DNA of 64,000 bases from a virus. This document shows, piece by piece, positions 44,797 through 54,793 of the stretch. Where the stretch lies: IMG/VR virus record IMGVR_UViG_3300035703_000055, positions 1 through 64,000 of that record. One strand, 5' to 3'. The translations under genes were made by a program, and so were the position numbers. Below the pieces are notes generated by a model. The model was given only the letters and a program-made list of their open reading frames with translations, had not been told where the DNA came from and made no database searches. Position 1 is the stretch's first letter. The number at the start of each line of letters is the position of its first letter.

Positions 44797-46422
44797 ATGG
44801 CAGCAATCTTGATCAAGGCTTTTGATGGCCTAAAACCTTACCTCGATCCACTCTTGCTGGGTGCATCTGACGCAAGCGCAGCGCGCAACGTCGTGCTGTC
44901 CAGCGGAAGCATTGAGCCGCTCAAGGGCTTCACCACGCTTGCCGGCCTGACGAAGTCGCTGCCAAAGACCCTGTTTCGCTACGGCAATTCAAGCAACGAA
45001 AACGAGTACTGGCTTGAGTTCACCGAGGAGACAGACGTGATCCGCTCTGTCGCCGTCGAGGACCCCTATGGCCGGATTTACTGGACCGACGGCAACACGC
45101 CCAAGTACGCCCCATCCAGCCTGATCCTGAGTGGCTCGAGCTACCCTGGCGGCTCTTACACGCTTGGCATTCCTGCGCCAGCCTCAGCTCCGAGCGTTTC
45201 GGGTAGCGCGCCATCTGTGTCCGCCCTGGGCGAGACTCGGACCTACGTCGTGACGTACGTCAGTGCGTACGGCGAAGAGGGCCCGCCATCCGCTGCGTCA
45301 GTCCTGGCGACCGTTGATCCGGAGCAGCCCGTCTTTCTGACCAGCCTGCCAGTTGCCCCAGGTGGCAGCTACAACATCACCCTCAAGCGCATCTACCGCT
45401 CCTCGACCGTTGGCTCGTCAGCACAGTTTCAGTACGTGACCGAGCTGCCAATTGGTCAGACCACATTCACCGATGAAGTGGCTCAGTCCGACCTGGGTGA
45501 AGTGCTGCTGACCGAGACATGGGTGGCTCCGCCTGCAACTTTGCAGGGCCTGAAGATGCTGCCCAGCGGCGTCGCCGTCGGATTCTCGGGCAACACGGTG
45601 TACGCATCCGAGCCCAATCTGCCGTACGCCTGGCCGCACAAGTTCCCGCTTGACTCCAAAATTGTCGGCGTTGGCGTGTTCCGTCAGAACGTGGTTGCAC
45701 TCACCAACGACTACCCATTCCTGCTGACCATGACCGACCCGGCCGCCGTGTCGCCGGAGCGGCTCGAGTTGCCCCAGGCGTGCGTATCAAAGGCCTCCAT
45801 CGTCGACACCGGCGATGGCGTGATCTACGCCTCCCCTGATGGTCTTGTGACGATCAGCAACAGCGGCGTGTCTGTCCTGACGCTCAAGCACATCACGCCA
45901 GAGCAGTGGGCCGCCTACAACCCGTCCTCAATCAAGGCCGTCTGGCACGAAAACCGATACCACGCCACATTCACGCGAGCCGATGGCACGCGCGGCATGA
46001 TGATCTGGGACTTCTCGGGCACCGGCGCCATCTTCCGGGAGAGCGATCTTGGCTCGGAGGGGCCCATCACCGCCATGTACAGCGACGCGCGCACAGACAC
46101 ACTGTACTGCGCATACGAAGGCAACATCGTTCGCTTCAACCGCGGCTCGAACCTGACCTCGCTCTGGGGAAGCAAGACCTTCCGCCTGGCATACCCGGCC
46201 AACTTTGCGGTAGCCGCGGTCGACGCCAACGCATTCCCATTGACGATGCGCATTTACGCCGACGGCGCCCTATGGCACACGCGCACAGTGACCAGCCGAG
46301 AGCCGTTCCGACTGCCGGATGGCCCGCGATCGCTGGACTGGCGCATCGAGGTCGAAACAGTCCACGAGGTCACTCGCATTCGCATGGCCTCAAACACCGA
46401 TGACCTGAAGGCGGCTGTCTGA
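44797..46422 (+). CDS. tail nozzle / tubular protein B-like protein
   Basis: beta-rich; YV.T.VS..GEEGPPS, SEP..P.AWP, YASPDGLV motifs. Confidence 0.75.
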   Translation: MAAILIKAFDGLKPYLDPLLLGASDASAARNVVLSSGSIEPLKGFTTLAGLTKSLPKTLFRYGNSSNENEYWLEFTEETDVIRSVAVEDPYGRIYWTDGNTPKYAPSSLILSGSSYPGGSYTLGIPAPASAPSVSGSAPSVSALGETRTYVVTYVSAYGEEGPPSAASVLATVDPEQPVFLTSLPVAPGGSYNITLKRIYRSSTVGSSAQFQYVTELPIGQTTFTDEVAQSDLGEVLLTETWVAPPATLQGLKMLPSGVAVGFSGNTVYASEPNLPYAWPHKFPLDSKIVGVGVFRQNVVALTNDYPFLLTMTDPAAVSPERLELPQACVSKASIVDTGDGVIYASPDGLVTISNSGVSVLTLKHITPEQWAAYNPSSIKAVWHENRYHATFTRADGTRGMMIWDFSGTGAIFRESDLGSEGPITAMYSDARTDTLYCAYEGNIVRFNRGSNLTSLWGSKTFRLAYPANFAVAAVDANAFPLTMRIYADGALWHTRTVTSREPFRLPDGPRSLDWRIEVETVHEVTRIRMASNTDDLKAAV

Positions 46423-48401
46423 TGATTGGCGTCGCCTCACTCATTGCGCCGGCTATTGGCCAGATGCTCGGACCAGAAACCAAGGTCCCCGCAATCCCAG
46501 CCGTCACTGAAGGCAACGTCGCGCAGACGCTGCGCCATGTCAAGCACCTATTGGATGTGCGCGAGGGTCGTCTCGGCGACCTGATGGATGCCAACGTCAC
46601 TTTCCGTGACCTGGTCAACACAGGCCTGGCCGTCAAGCCAAACTGGTCATCGCCAACATACCCGGTTGCGCCTCCCAACATCTACTCGGACGGCTACAAC
46701 CCAGCAACCGACTACACCCCGCCCGCGGCACCAGGAAACGTCACGGCAACCGCCGGCATTGGAACCGTCATCCTGCAGTGGGACACACCCGCATACCGCA
46801 ACCACTCGTACGCCGAGGTGTGGCGCGCAGAGACCAACTCACTGGGAAACGCCGTACTGCTAGGCACCAGTGACACGCGCTTCTACGCCGACTCGATTGG
46901 CGCCAACGTCACTCGCTATTACTGGGTGCGCTTCGTCTCTGTTGCAAACATCACAGGGCCATACCAGGGCATCAGTGGTGTCGTAGGCCAGACGGGGCAA
47001 GATCCAGAATACCTGCTGCAGCTGCTGCAAGGACAGCTCTCAACGTCGCAGCTCAACACCGCACTGAACAACCGCATCAACCTGATCGACGCATCGTCTT
47101 CTGTCGTCGGCTCTGTGGCCCACCAGGTCAACCAGGAAGCTCAGGCGAGGGCGACCGCGATCCTGGCTGAGGCATCTGCTCGGGCAACCGAAGATAGCGT
47201 CCTGCAGACTCAGATCAACACGCTGTCTGCAGCCTCGTCAGGAGACTTCCAGGAGCTGATTGCAGCACTTCAGGAAGAGCAAACCGCGCGGATCGCTGGA
47301 GACACGGCAGAGGCAACGTCGCGTGAAACGCTGGCCACGCAGATGCGCGGCACGTACACCGGCACCGACATCACCCAGATCACCTCGGGTTTGATGTTTT
47401 CGGAGCGTCAGGCGCGATCCAGCGCAGACAGCGCTCTTAGCACCAGTATCACTGGTCTCAGTTCCACCGTCACGAACAACTACAACACGCTCAACGCAGC
47501 CCTGCAGACTGAGTCGACGACACGCGCGTCCGCCGTGAACTCACTGTCGACGCAAATCACGACGCTGCAGTCAACCGTCACCAACAACAACTCCACGCTG
47601 ACCGCGGCGATCCAGTCCGAGGCGACCACGCGCGCAAGTGTCGACGGTGGCTTGCTGGCGCAGTACACCATCAAGGCCGACGTCAACGGCTACGTGTCCG
47701 GCTTCGGCCTGGCCAGCACCTCGAACAACGCCGCGCCGACGTCCGAGTTCCAGGTTCGCGCCGACGTATTCAAGATCGCCTCACCAAGCGGTCCCGGCAT
47801 CGTGCCCGCAAGTCCGTTTCTTGTGCGCACAACGCCCACGACCATCGGCGGCGTATCCGTCCCGGTGGGCGTCTACATCCAGGATGCGTTCATCGCAAAC
47901 GGCACGATCTCGAATGCCAAGATCGCCAACGCAGCCATCGACAACGCCAAAATCGCCAACCTGGATGCGGCCAAAATCACCACCGGTCTGATCAGCGCCG
48001 ACCGCCTTGATGCGGGCGTTATTACCGCCAAGGTGCTGACGGTAGATTCGGCCAAGGTGACCGGCCAACTGACAGCCAACCAGATCAACGGCGCCGGCCT
48101 GACGATCACCGGCGGGCAGTTCACCGGTTATGCATGGCCGTCGTCCGGCCGTGGCTTTTACCTGGGTCCATCAGGCTTTCTTCTCGGCAACGCCAACAAC
48201 GGCACGTTCTTCCAGTACGACCAGGCCGGCGGAAACATCTATACCAACGGCCTGTCAATCGTGAACGGCAACGCCACATTCAGCGGCAACCTAAATGTCG
48301 TGAGTCCCACCGGCACCGCCCGCATGGAGATGACCAACACCGTGATCCGCGTGTTTGACGCCAATAACGTCGTCCGGGTCCGCATCGGGTACTTGCTGTA
48401 A
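46422..48401 (+). CDS. tail-tip / host-specificity protein (J-like C-terminal domain)
   Basis: Fn3-like N-region, coiled coil, AQYTIK.D.NG.VSGFGL, ADVF.I, NAKI repeats. Confidence 0.8.
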   Translation: MIGVASLIAPAIGQMLGPETKVPAIPAVTEGNVAQTLRHVKHLLDVREGRLGDLMDANVTFRDLVNTGLAVKPNWSSPTYPVAPPNIYSDGYNPATDYTPPAAPGNVTATAGIGTVILQWDTPAYRNHSYAEVWRAETNSLGNAVLLGTSDTRFYADSIGANVTRYYWVRFVSVANITGPYQGISGVVGQTGQDPEYLLQLLQGQLSTSQLNTALNNRINLIDASSSVVGSVAHQVNQEAQARATAILAEASARATEDSVLQTQINTLSAASSGDFQELIAALQEEQTARIAGDTAEATSRETLATQMRGTYTGTDITQITSGLMFSERQARSSADSALSTSITGLSSTVTNNYNTLNAALQTESTTRASAVNSLSTQITTLQSTVTNNNSTLTAAIQSEATTRASVDGGLLAQYTIKADVNGYVSGFGLASTSNNAAPTSEFQVRADVFKIASPSGPGIVPASPFLVRTTPTTIGGVSVPVGVYIQDAFIANGTISNAKIANAAIDNAKIANLDAAKITTGLISADRLDAGVITAKVLTVDSAKVTGQLTANQINGAGLTITGGQFTGYAWPSSGRGFYLGPSGFLLGNANNGTFFQYDQAGGNIYTNGLSIVNGNATFSGNLNVVSPTGTARMEMTNTVIRVFDANNVVRVRIGYLL

Positions 48402-48685
48402 TGAGCACGGGCATTGAGCTTTTTAACGAGTCGGGGGTCAAGTACTTCTCGACCGCCTCGCAGACTTGGAGCTACATCGGATCACTCATCGCTCCAGCAG
48501 GGTCCTCGGCGACGGCAACATTTGCCTCCATTGCGCTGATGAGCGAGGTCATTTTCCAGCGCTCCCTTGTCGACGACGTGCCCGGCAACCAGGAGGCAAT
48601 CGTCCACACCGCCTATTTGAGTGGGAACACAGTGGTCGCCCAAGGCGGCTCTGTGCGAAGCCTCATCATTGTTTTGGGGCGATAA
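48401..48685 (+). CDS. small tail-tip protein
   Basis: G.ELFN..G motif; coupled to the J-like gene. Confidence 0.65.
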   Translation: MSTGIELFNESGVKYFSTASQTWSYIGSLIAPAGSSATATFASIALMSEVIFQRSLVDDVPGNQEAIVHTAYLSGNTVVAQGGSVRSLIIVLGR

Positions 48686-49639
48686 ATGTACGGGGCGCTT
48701 GTCAGAAACGATGGCGGCCAGGTGCTCATCTCGAGCGAGGTTGAGGCGCTGCACTACGGCGGCCCGGCCTCATACCAATCGACCCTGCTATCAGGCCTCA
48801 CGGACTTTCCGACCTACGACAACGACAACGGAACCAGCACCCTGTCTGGCCGGCACATTCACCGCTACATCTTTACGGCAAACAGTGCGCCACTGTTCTT
48901 CATCAAGCCCGCGGTCGTTGGCTATTTTCATGGAATCCTGCAGCAGTTCAACATCGGCAGCACATGGTATGTCGATGTGATTCAGGGAGGCCCGGTATGG
49001 TCACCACCAGCTGTCTACGCCTTCGTCACCGCTTCAAACCTGCCAGCCAGCAGTCAGACGCATGGCATGGCGACATACCTGGCGAACGGCACCATGGCAT
49101 TTGATAGTCGACTCAAGCCACTGGCGATCTACAACGCGACGCAAGTCATTCCACCCACCATCCCTTGCGATGGCGGAAAACCGACAGAGTCGGGTCAGTA
49201 TGACTACCCCTGGAACGACGCCAACCTCGATCACGACTTTCGCTGCGACACCACATACAACAGCTACAGCTTGCCAACGACAGATCCGCTGTCGAGCCTG
49301 ATGTTCTCCGCGCCCTCGATTGCACAGGCCGTCTACTCGCGAATCAAGCGCGGATTCAAGCGCTCAAGCGGGACGTATAGCAGCCAGGACCACTGGTCAA
49401 CGGCTCTTTGGTGGGCGATGTACCACTCCGCCTATCGACTGCAGTACGGAGCGATTCATGCCGGATGGGCCGTGTACGCAGCTGACTTTGCCTTCTCTTC
49501 AACGTGGGAGAGCAGCAGCTGGTACGAGTTCAGCGGTGGCGGCGGCTCTGTGCAAACAGGAAACAGGCCGTTCAACGACAAAACCATCAACCTGACGCCA
49601 AACGTCATCATTGTTGCAAATGCCAGTTATTACACCTGA
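48686..49639 (+). CDS. tail-tip / receptor-binding accessory protein
   Basis: YG....N..G and G...Y..NG...FDS motifs; aromatic-rich. Confidence 0.65.
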   Translation: MYGALVRNDGGQVLISSEVEALHYGGPASYQSTLLSGLTDFPTYDNDNGTSTLSGRHIHRYIFTANSAPLFFIKPAVVGYFHGILQQFNIGSTWYVDVIQGGPVWSPPAVYAFVTASNLPASSQTHGMATYLANGTMAFDSRLKPLAIYNATQVIPPTIPCDGGKPTESGQYDYPWNDANLDHDFRCDTTYNSYSLPTTDPLSSLMFSAPSIAQAVYSRIKRGFKRSSGTYSSQDHWSTALWWAMYHSAYRLQYGAIHAGWAVYAADFAFSSTWESSSWYEFSGGGGSVQTGNRPFNDKTINLTPNVIIVANASYYT

Positions 49640-50843
49640 TCAGCTCAAGAACGCGTTTGAGATCGTCTACATCAATGGTGGTGAGATCTACAAGGCGCCA
49701 AGCGACAAAGAAGCCTTCTTGCAGTACAGCGCCGACGATGATGCCGACCCTGTGTTTCCATTTCGAAAGTTCGACGGCAAGCGCTACTTTGTGGCGCAGG
49801 AGTTCAAGGATTTCTTTGGCAACATCGGGCCGTCGGGAATTAGCATGGAGCGCCACAATGCCTGCCCGTACGTGAAGCTTTGGTGCGGACTTGGCGCCAA
49901 GTCCTCAGAGGACACCCAGGACTGCGACATCTTCTTTTCCGTCGACTCCACCACTCAGTTGCGGCAGATCGCTCAGCACTACGGCCTGCCATACCCAATT
50001 GACGACGCGATCGGGCGGATCATTGACACCGCACCAGACACAATCAACTGGAAGAACGCAGGAGGCAAACCGATCGTTTTAGGGGCAGTCAAGATTGTCG
50101 CCGGCAAGCCGAGCCTGCTGAAGCTGTACACCTACCCAAAGCCCTTTGGCACCTGGGATGTCTGGATGTATGGCGCCTCCTACCTCGATGGCGGCAAGTG
50201 CTGGGAGAAGGGTGCCGTCTACGTGAAAGAGACTGGCGGCATCGATTTGCCTGGTGCCCAGATGCGCGGCGAAAAGAGCTTCAAGAAGGCCGAGGTGATC
50301 TACACCGAACGCGCCGACGGCGTTCGCACCAGCTACGCCTACACCCGCGGCCAGGACTTGTTTATGTTTTGGCAGGGCAATGAGATCCGCGCAGATGGCA
50401 GCATTGAGCGCGTCAAGCGCTACGAATCAAGCCAAATGGTTCGCAGGATGATTGGCCGCGTGAAGAAGGGTCCTGATTTTGCCGAGTTCGACTTGTGCCC
50501 GGACGTGCCGTTTTGGCTTGGCCGCAGCTGGTACGACGACAAGGACGAGCAGGAGCTCCTGTTTGCGATTGCCGATGGCAGTGGCACCCTGGAGGCTGTG
50601 TCTGCGCACTACGGCCTGCCGCTGCCGTACAACGACAGCCAGAAACAGATTCTCGACACCCGCCCGGAGCTCTACCGAGCCCGTCACTATGACCTGCTGG
50701 GGTTGGGTGAGGGCAGCTATGTGCCGGTGGTCGTGGGCAGCGTGACATTTATCAGCGGCAAGCCATCGCGGCTGTTGCTGTACACATTCATGCGCCCCTG
50801 GGACTTCGACGAAAAGATTCAGCTCCCAGACTTCCCGTCGTAA
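49620..50843 (+). CDS. unknown protein with internal two-fold duplication
   Basis: [36 protein letters not shown]. Confidence 0.7.
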   Translation: MPVITPDQLKNAFEIVYINGGEIYKAPSDKEAFLQYSADDDADPVFPFRKFDGKRYFVAQEFKDFFGNIGPSGISMERHNACPYVKLWCGLGAKSSEDTQDCDIFFSVDSTTQLRQIAQHYGLPYPIDDAIGRIIDTAPDTINWKNAGGKPIVLGAVKIVAGKPSLLKLYTYPKPFGTWDVWMYGASYLDGGKCWEKGAVYVKETGGIDLPGAQMRGEKSFKKAEVIYTERADGVRTSYAYTRGQDLFMFWQGNEIRADGSIERVKRYESSQMVRRMIGRVKKGPDFAEFDLCPDVPFWLGRSWYDDKDEQELLFAIADGSGTLEAVSAHYGLPLPYNDSQKQILDTRPELYRARHYDLLGLGEGSYVPVVVGSVTFISGKPSRLLLYTFMRPWDFDEKIQLPDFPS

Positions 50844-50897
50844 TTTGTTGTCTGCTCAAGCAAAACATGCAATGACGAGCGCATGTGCTTACCACGC

Positions 50898-50939
50898 CAA
50901 CAAAAAGTAGTCAACAAATTGTTGGTATTGCGGTAAAAT
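50898..50939 (+). promoter_or_regulatory. tandem boxes plus -10
   Basis: CAAC-AAAAA-GTAG at 50898-50910, CAAC-AAATT-GTTG at 50912-50924, TAAAAT at 50934-50939. Confidence 0.6.
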
Positions 50940-50948
50940 CGGGCGGCC

Positions 50949-51572
50949 ATGCCTACACTCGCCGCCATCGATCAAGCCAAGCCCTTCGCCACGAAGGCTT
51001 CGTTTGCTGGCGCCTCCGAGATCCTCATTGCCGACGGATTCCTTGTGAATCCCGACGCCGTGCGTGAGGATGCCCTGGCGGCAGACTTTATCGACTGGCA
51101 GGGTCACGATGGCCAGGTCTACAAGCGAGTCTGCCTAAAACCTGTCCCAGGCCTGCAAGAGGCCATCGAGCGCGTGTACGGCCCCGTCGAGATGTTTGGC
51201 CAGGGATACCGGCTCAACTTCGCGGGCGAGATGCCAAACCAGTCGATCCACTCGGATCTGGGGTGGGGCTCACATGCCGCGGTGATCTATCTCTGCGACG
51301 GCCCAGGCGGCACCGCATTCTGGCGACACATGAACACCGGAGCGACCCGCATTGAGGTTGGCGACCACGAGCTGTTCGACGCAATCGGTGGCGACTGGGA
51401 GCTCGAGCAATCCTGGGAAATGGTTGGCCTGGCCGAGCTGGCCTACAACCGAGCAGTCCTGTACGACAACGCGCTGTTCCACAGCCGCTATCCGTTCGAG
51501 GCCTTCGGCACCGACAAGCATGACGGCCGCCTGATCGCGGTCGCTTTCTTTACGCCGGAGACGCTCAAATGA
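50949..51572 (+). CDS. 2OG-Fe(II) oxygenase (DUF6445-like)
   Basis: HSD..IYL..GGTAFW..YNRAVLY..FHS..R facial triad pattern. Confidence 0.82.
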   Translation: MPTLAAIDQAKPFATKASFAGASEILIADGFLVNPDAVREDALAADFIDWQGHDGQVYKRVCLKPVPGLQEAIERVYGPVEMFGQGYRLNFAGEMPNQSIHSDLGWGSHAAVIYLCDGPGGTAFWRHMNTGATRIEVGDHELFDAIGGDWELEQSWEMVGLAELAYNRAVLYDNALFHSRYPFEAFGTDKHDGRLIAVAFFTPETLK

Positions 51573-52018
51573 TCCGGCGCGCTACCCAGGCAGACATGGA
51601 ATCCGTGCTGCGCATGGGTGAGCGCTTCTATCGCTCATCGCACTACAGCGGCTGGGCCGACTTCTGTCGCGAATCCTCGCGCAAGCTGGTGCAGATGGTC
51701 ATCGACACGGGCGTGCTGATGATCGCTGATCAGGACGGGCAAGACGTTGGGATGGTCGGACTTGTGGTGGCTCCGTTCATGTTCAACAACGACAAGCTCG
51801 GCGCCTACGAAGTGTTCTGGTGGGTCGAGCCCGAGGCTCGCGGCGGCATGACTGCCTGGCGCTTACTGAAGTCCATCGAAGAGGTTTGCGCCGAAATGGG
51901 TGTGGCTTCGATTCAGATGGTAGTTCTGTCCGACTCTCCGGAGCAGGCAGCAAAGATGTACGAGCGCGCTGGCTATGTTCACAGCGAGACGTCGTTTACA
52001 AAGATTTTGAGGAACTGA
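51569..52018 (+). CDS. GNAT acetyltransferase (internal-virion-protein-A-like position)
   Basis: MIRRAT..D, WWVEPEARG, YERAGY. Confidence 0.85.
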   Translation: MIRRATQADMESVLRMGERFYRSSHYSGWADFCRESSRKLVQMVIDTGVLMIADQDGQDVGMVGLVVAPFMFNNDKLGAYEVFWWVEPEARGGMTAWRLLKSIEEVCAEMGVASIQMVVLSDSPEQAAKMYERAGYVHSETSFTKILRN

Positions 52019-52019
52019 T

Positions 52020-52976
52020 ATGGCAGCAATTACTTCAGCTGTAGTTGGCGCGGTAGGGGTGGCAAGCTCCATCTCTTCGTCGCGAAAGGCAGGCAAGGCG
52101 CAAGACCGCGCAATCGCGGCATCAGAGAGCGCCGCAGCAGAGCAGAACGCGCTGAGTCGCGATCAATTTGACTGGAACAAGGAAATCTACGAGCGCGACA
52201 CTGCACCCATGCAGCGCCGGCAGATGGAGATGCAGACCAAAATCTCCGAGGACGCACTCGCTCGAGCTGCCAAGCAAGACAAGCTGGCCGACGAGCAGAA
52301 GGCCTACTACGACGAGACGTTCAAGCCCATCGAGAAGAAGGTTGCCTCTGAGGCAATGGAGTACGACTCCGACGCCAACGTCAATAGGCGCTCGGGCATA
52401 GCTGCGGCCAACGTCAACCAGCAGTTCAGCAATGCACGCGGGCAAAGCGCTCGCTTGGCCGGCCGATATGGCCTTGGCTCCACGGCATTCTCCGGCCCCG
52501 CCGGTGCTGCTGAGCGAGCACAGGCTCTGGGTGCTGCTGGCGCATCCACAGGCGCTGCATTCGACACCATGGATAAAGGCATTCAGCTTCGCGCTGGTGC
52601 AGCAAACTTCGGCCGCAACATGCCGAACACCGCACTGACTGCCATGAACGGCGCGAACAGCTCGAGCGGCGTTGCAGGCGGCGCGGCCAACTCCGCGCTC
52701 AATGGAACTATTTCTGCAACCGCCGGCATGAACAACGCCTACGGCTCACGCATAAACACAATCGGCTCGTCGACGGGCATTCTCACATCGGCACTGAACA
52801 ACAGTGCGCGGTTTGCCAGCGCGGATGCGGCAGGTTGGGGTGGCTTTGCCGGCGGGATGCTTCAGCGCGGCCTGAGCGGCATTGAAAAGCAAGGCGGCTT
52901 TGGCGGCATGTTTGGCGGGTCGACCTTTCAGGCTGACCCTGGCGCGTACGCGTTTGGCTCACAGAGTTGGGAATAA
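52020..52976 (+). CDS. internal virion / ejection protein
   Basis: Ala/Gly-rich hydrophobic ends with a central coiled coil; follows the GNAT gene. Confidence 0.7.
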   Translation: MAAITSAVVGAVGVASSISSSRKAGKAQDRAIAASESAAAEQNALSRDQFDWNKEIYERDTAPMQRRQMEMQTKISEDALARAAKQDKLADEQKAYYDETFKPIEKKVASEAMEYDSDANVNRRSGIAAANVNQQFSNARGQSARLAGRYGLGSTAFSGPAGAAERAQALGAAGASTGAAFDTMDKGIQLRAGAANFGRNMPNTALTAMNGANSSSGVAGGAANSALNGTISATAGMNNAYGSRINTIGSSTGILTSALNNSARFASADAAGWGGFAGGMLQRGLSGIEKQGGFGGMFGGSTFQADPGAYAFGSQSWE

Positions 52977-52979
52977 ATC

Positions 52980-54755
52980 ATGGCACTTGAATTTGGTGGA
53001 TTGGGATCGGCGCTTTTCGCCGGCATGCGCGAGTTTGAGCGATCAGAAGACCGCGAGATTGCTCAGAAGGACCGAGAGGCCGCACGCAAAGAGCGCGAGG
53101 AAGATCGCGCTTACCAGCGCCAGCAGCGCGAGTACCAGGCCAGTCAGCAAAAGCGCACGCTCGCCGACCAGACTCGCGAAGATCAATTCCGAGATGGGTT
53201 GGCCGGCGTGCGAACCATGGATCAGGTCAGCGAACCCGCGGTTGGGACAATCAACGGTAACGATGCTTTCGCCTTGCGCGATGACGAAGGCAATCTGATG
53301 CCCGGCGCCGTCGAGACAAAGCCTGCGCAGACCGTTACGCGTCAGCGCAACCGGGATGACATCATGGCCGACTACGCCGAGATCGCTCGCAAGTCCGGCA
53401 AGATGGACCAGGCGCTCAAGTTCGATGAGCTGGCAGCCGCTGAGTCCATGAAGCGTGGCAAGGCCCTGTTTGCCCAGTGGAGCGCCGCAACCCCTGATAG
53501 CGGCAACCTCGAAGAGGCAATCAAACAGGCCACCCAGATCTACAACGGCGACCGCCTGCCGGGCCAAGTCCAGGGCTACAAGATGAACCCCGACGGCAGT
53601 GCCGTGGTCAACATCAAAAACACCGCCACCGGCCAGGCTGTGCCGGTGACGTTCAAGAACGTCGCCGAGCTCAAGCAAGGCCTCGAGGGCTATTACAGCC
53701 CTGAGACTTTGGATGCATACCGCAAGTCTTTGCGAGAGGCTGCGCTGAAGGCAAACGAACCCAAGGTCGTCAATCCTGGCGGCGCACTCGTTTCCGGCGG
53801 CAAAGAGGTCTACAAGAACACCACCGACCGCGTGCAGATCGGCGAAGACGCCGACGGTAACCCGATCTACGGCAAGCCAGCCACATCTGGCCGCGGCGCA
53901 GGCACTGGCTCCGGCAAGGCTCCCAAGGAGTCGATCGACGCTGCCACCGACTTGCTCAAGGACTTCATGGGCAAGGCCGACGGCTCGCCAGAGGGCGCCC
54001 AGCGCCAGGCTCGCGCTGTGAGCCTGCTGGATGGCATCTACTCCGGCAACCCTGGCGTCTCGCCTCGCACGGCCGCTGCAATCGCTGCAGACGCCTCTGC
54101 TGACCCGACTCGCGTCTCGCTGCAGATTGACAACCGCACCGGCCTGATTGGCAAGGTCTACAGCAACCCCGACCTGGACGGCGGCCGCCAGTACAACCTG
54201 GCCCCGAACGGCGCTCAGGTTGCCGAGATGGAGAAGGCTGTTGGCAAGCAGGGCATGGTGCAGGCTGTCAACGGCATGATCGAGTCGATCGCTGCTGGCG
54301 CGCCCGAAGAAAATCGCGCTGCCGTTCGCGACCAGCTCATCGCCGTGGCTTCGAACCCAACTGCTCGTGCCGAATTCTTGGCTGCCGCAAAAGAAGCCGG
54401 CCGCGACACGCAAGCTCTGAACCGCCAGCTGGATCTGGTGAAGTCCTACGTGCCCGCGCCCAAGGTAAACACCAAGGCGTCAGCCGTACCGCAGCCAGGC
54501 GGCCTGCGCCAGCAAGCCGCTGACCCCACTTCGCCAGCTGGTCGCGCACAGGCACGTCAGGCTGAGTTGCGTGCAGAAGCCTCACGCAAGGAGCAGGAGC
54601 GGATGGCTGCACAGCAAGCCCTGTCCAAGCAGTTCCAGGCGGACAAGGCGACGCTTGACCCACTTGCACTCGCTCAGAAGTACGACCCATTGCGAGGTCG
54701 GCTGCCGATGGCTGATGCGGCTGAGCTGCAGCGCATCGAACGAAACATTCGCTGA
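52980..54755 (+). CDS. internal virion / ejection protein
   Basis: 591 aa, N-terminal FGGLG motif and coiled coil; position in the gene order. Confidence 0.7.
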   Translation: MALEFGGLGSALFAGMREFERSEDREIAQKDREAARKEREEDRAYQRQQREYQASQQKRTLADQTREDQFRDGLAGVRTMDQVSEPAVGTINGNDAFALRDDEGNLMPGAVETKPAQTVTRQRNRDDIMADYAEIARKSGKMDQALKFDELAAAESMKRGKALFAQWSAATPDSGNLEEAIKQATQIYNGDRLPGQVQGYKMNPDGSAVVNIKNTATGQAVPVTFKNVAELKQGLEGYYSPETLDAYRKSLREAALKANEPKVVNPGGALVSGGKEVYKNTTDRVQIGEDADGNPIYGKPATSGRGAGTGSGKAPKESIDAATDLLKDFMGKADGSPEGAQRQARAVSLLDGIYSGNPGVSPRTAAAIAADASADPTRVSLQIDNRTGLIGKVYSNPDLDGGRQYNLAPNGAQVAEMEKAVGKQGMVQAVNGMIESIAAGAPEENRAAVRDQLIAVASNPTARAEFLAAAKEAGRDTQALNRQLDLVKSYVPAPKVNTKASAVPQPGGLRQQAADPTSPAGRAQARQAELRAEASRKEQERMAAQQALSKQFQADKATLDPLALAQKYDPLRGRLPMADAAELQRIERNIR

Positions 54756-54793
54756 GCTAAAGACGGCGCACACGAACCAAAGAAATTCGACAC

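Noticed and set aside
38610-49639. Diversity-generating retroelement or invertible fibre cassette
   Set aside because: No reverse transcriptase, invertase or template/variable repeat pair was seen in the window
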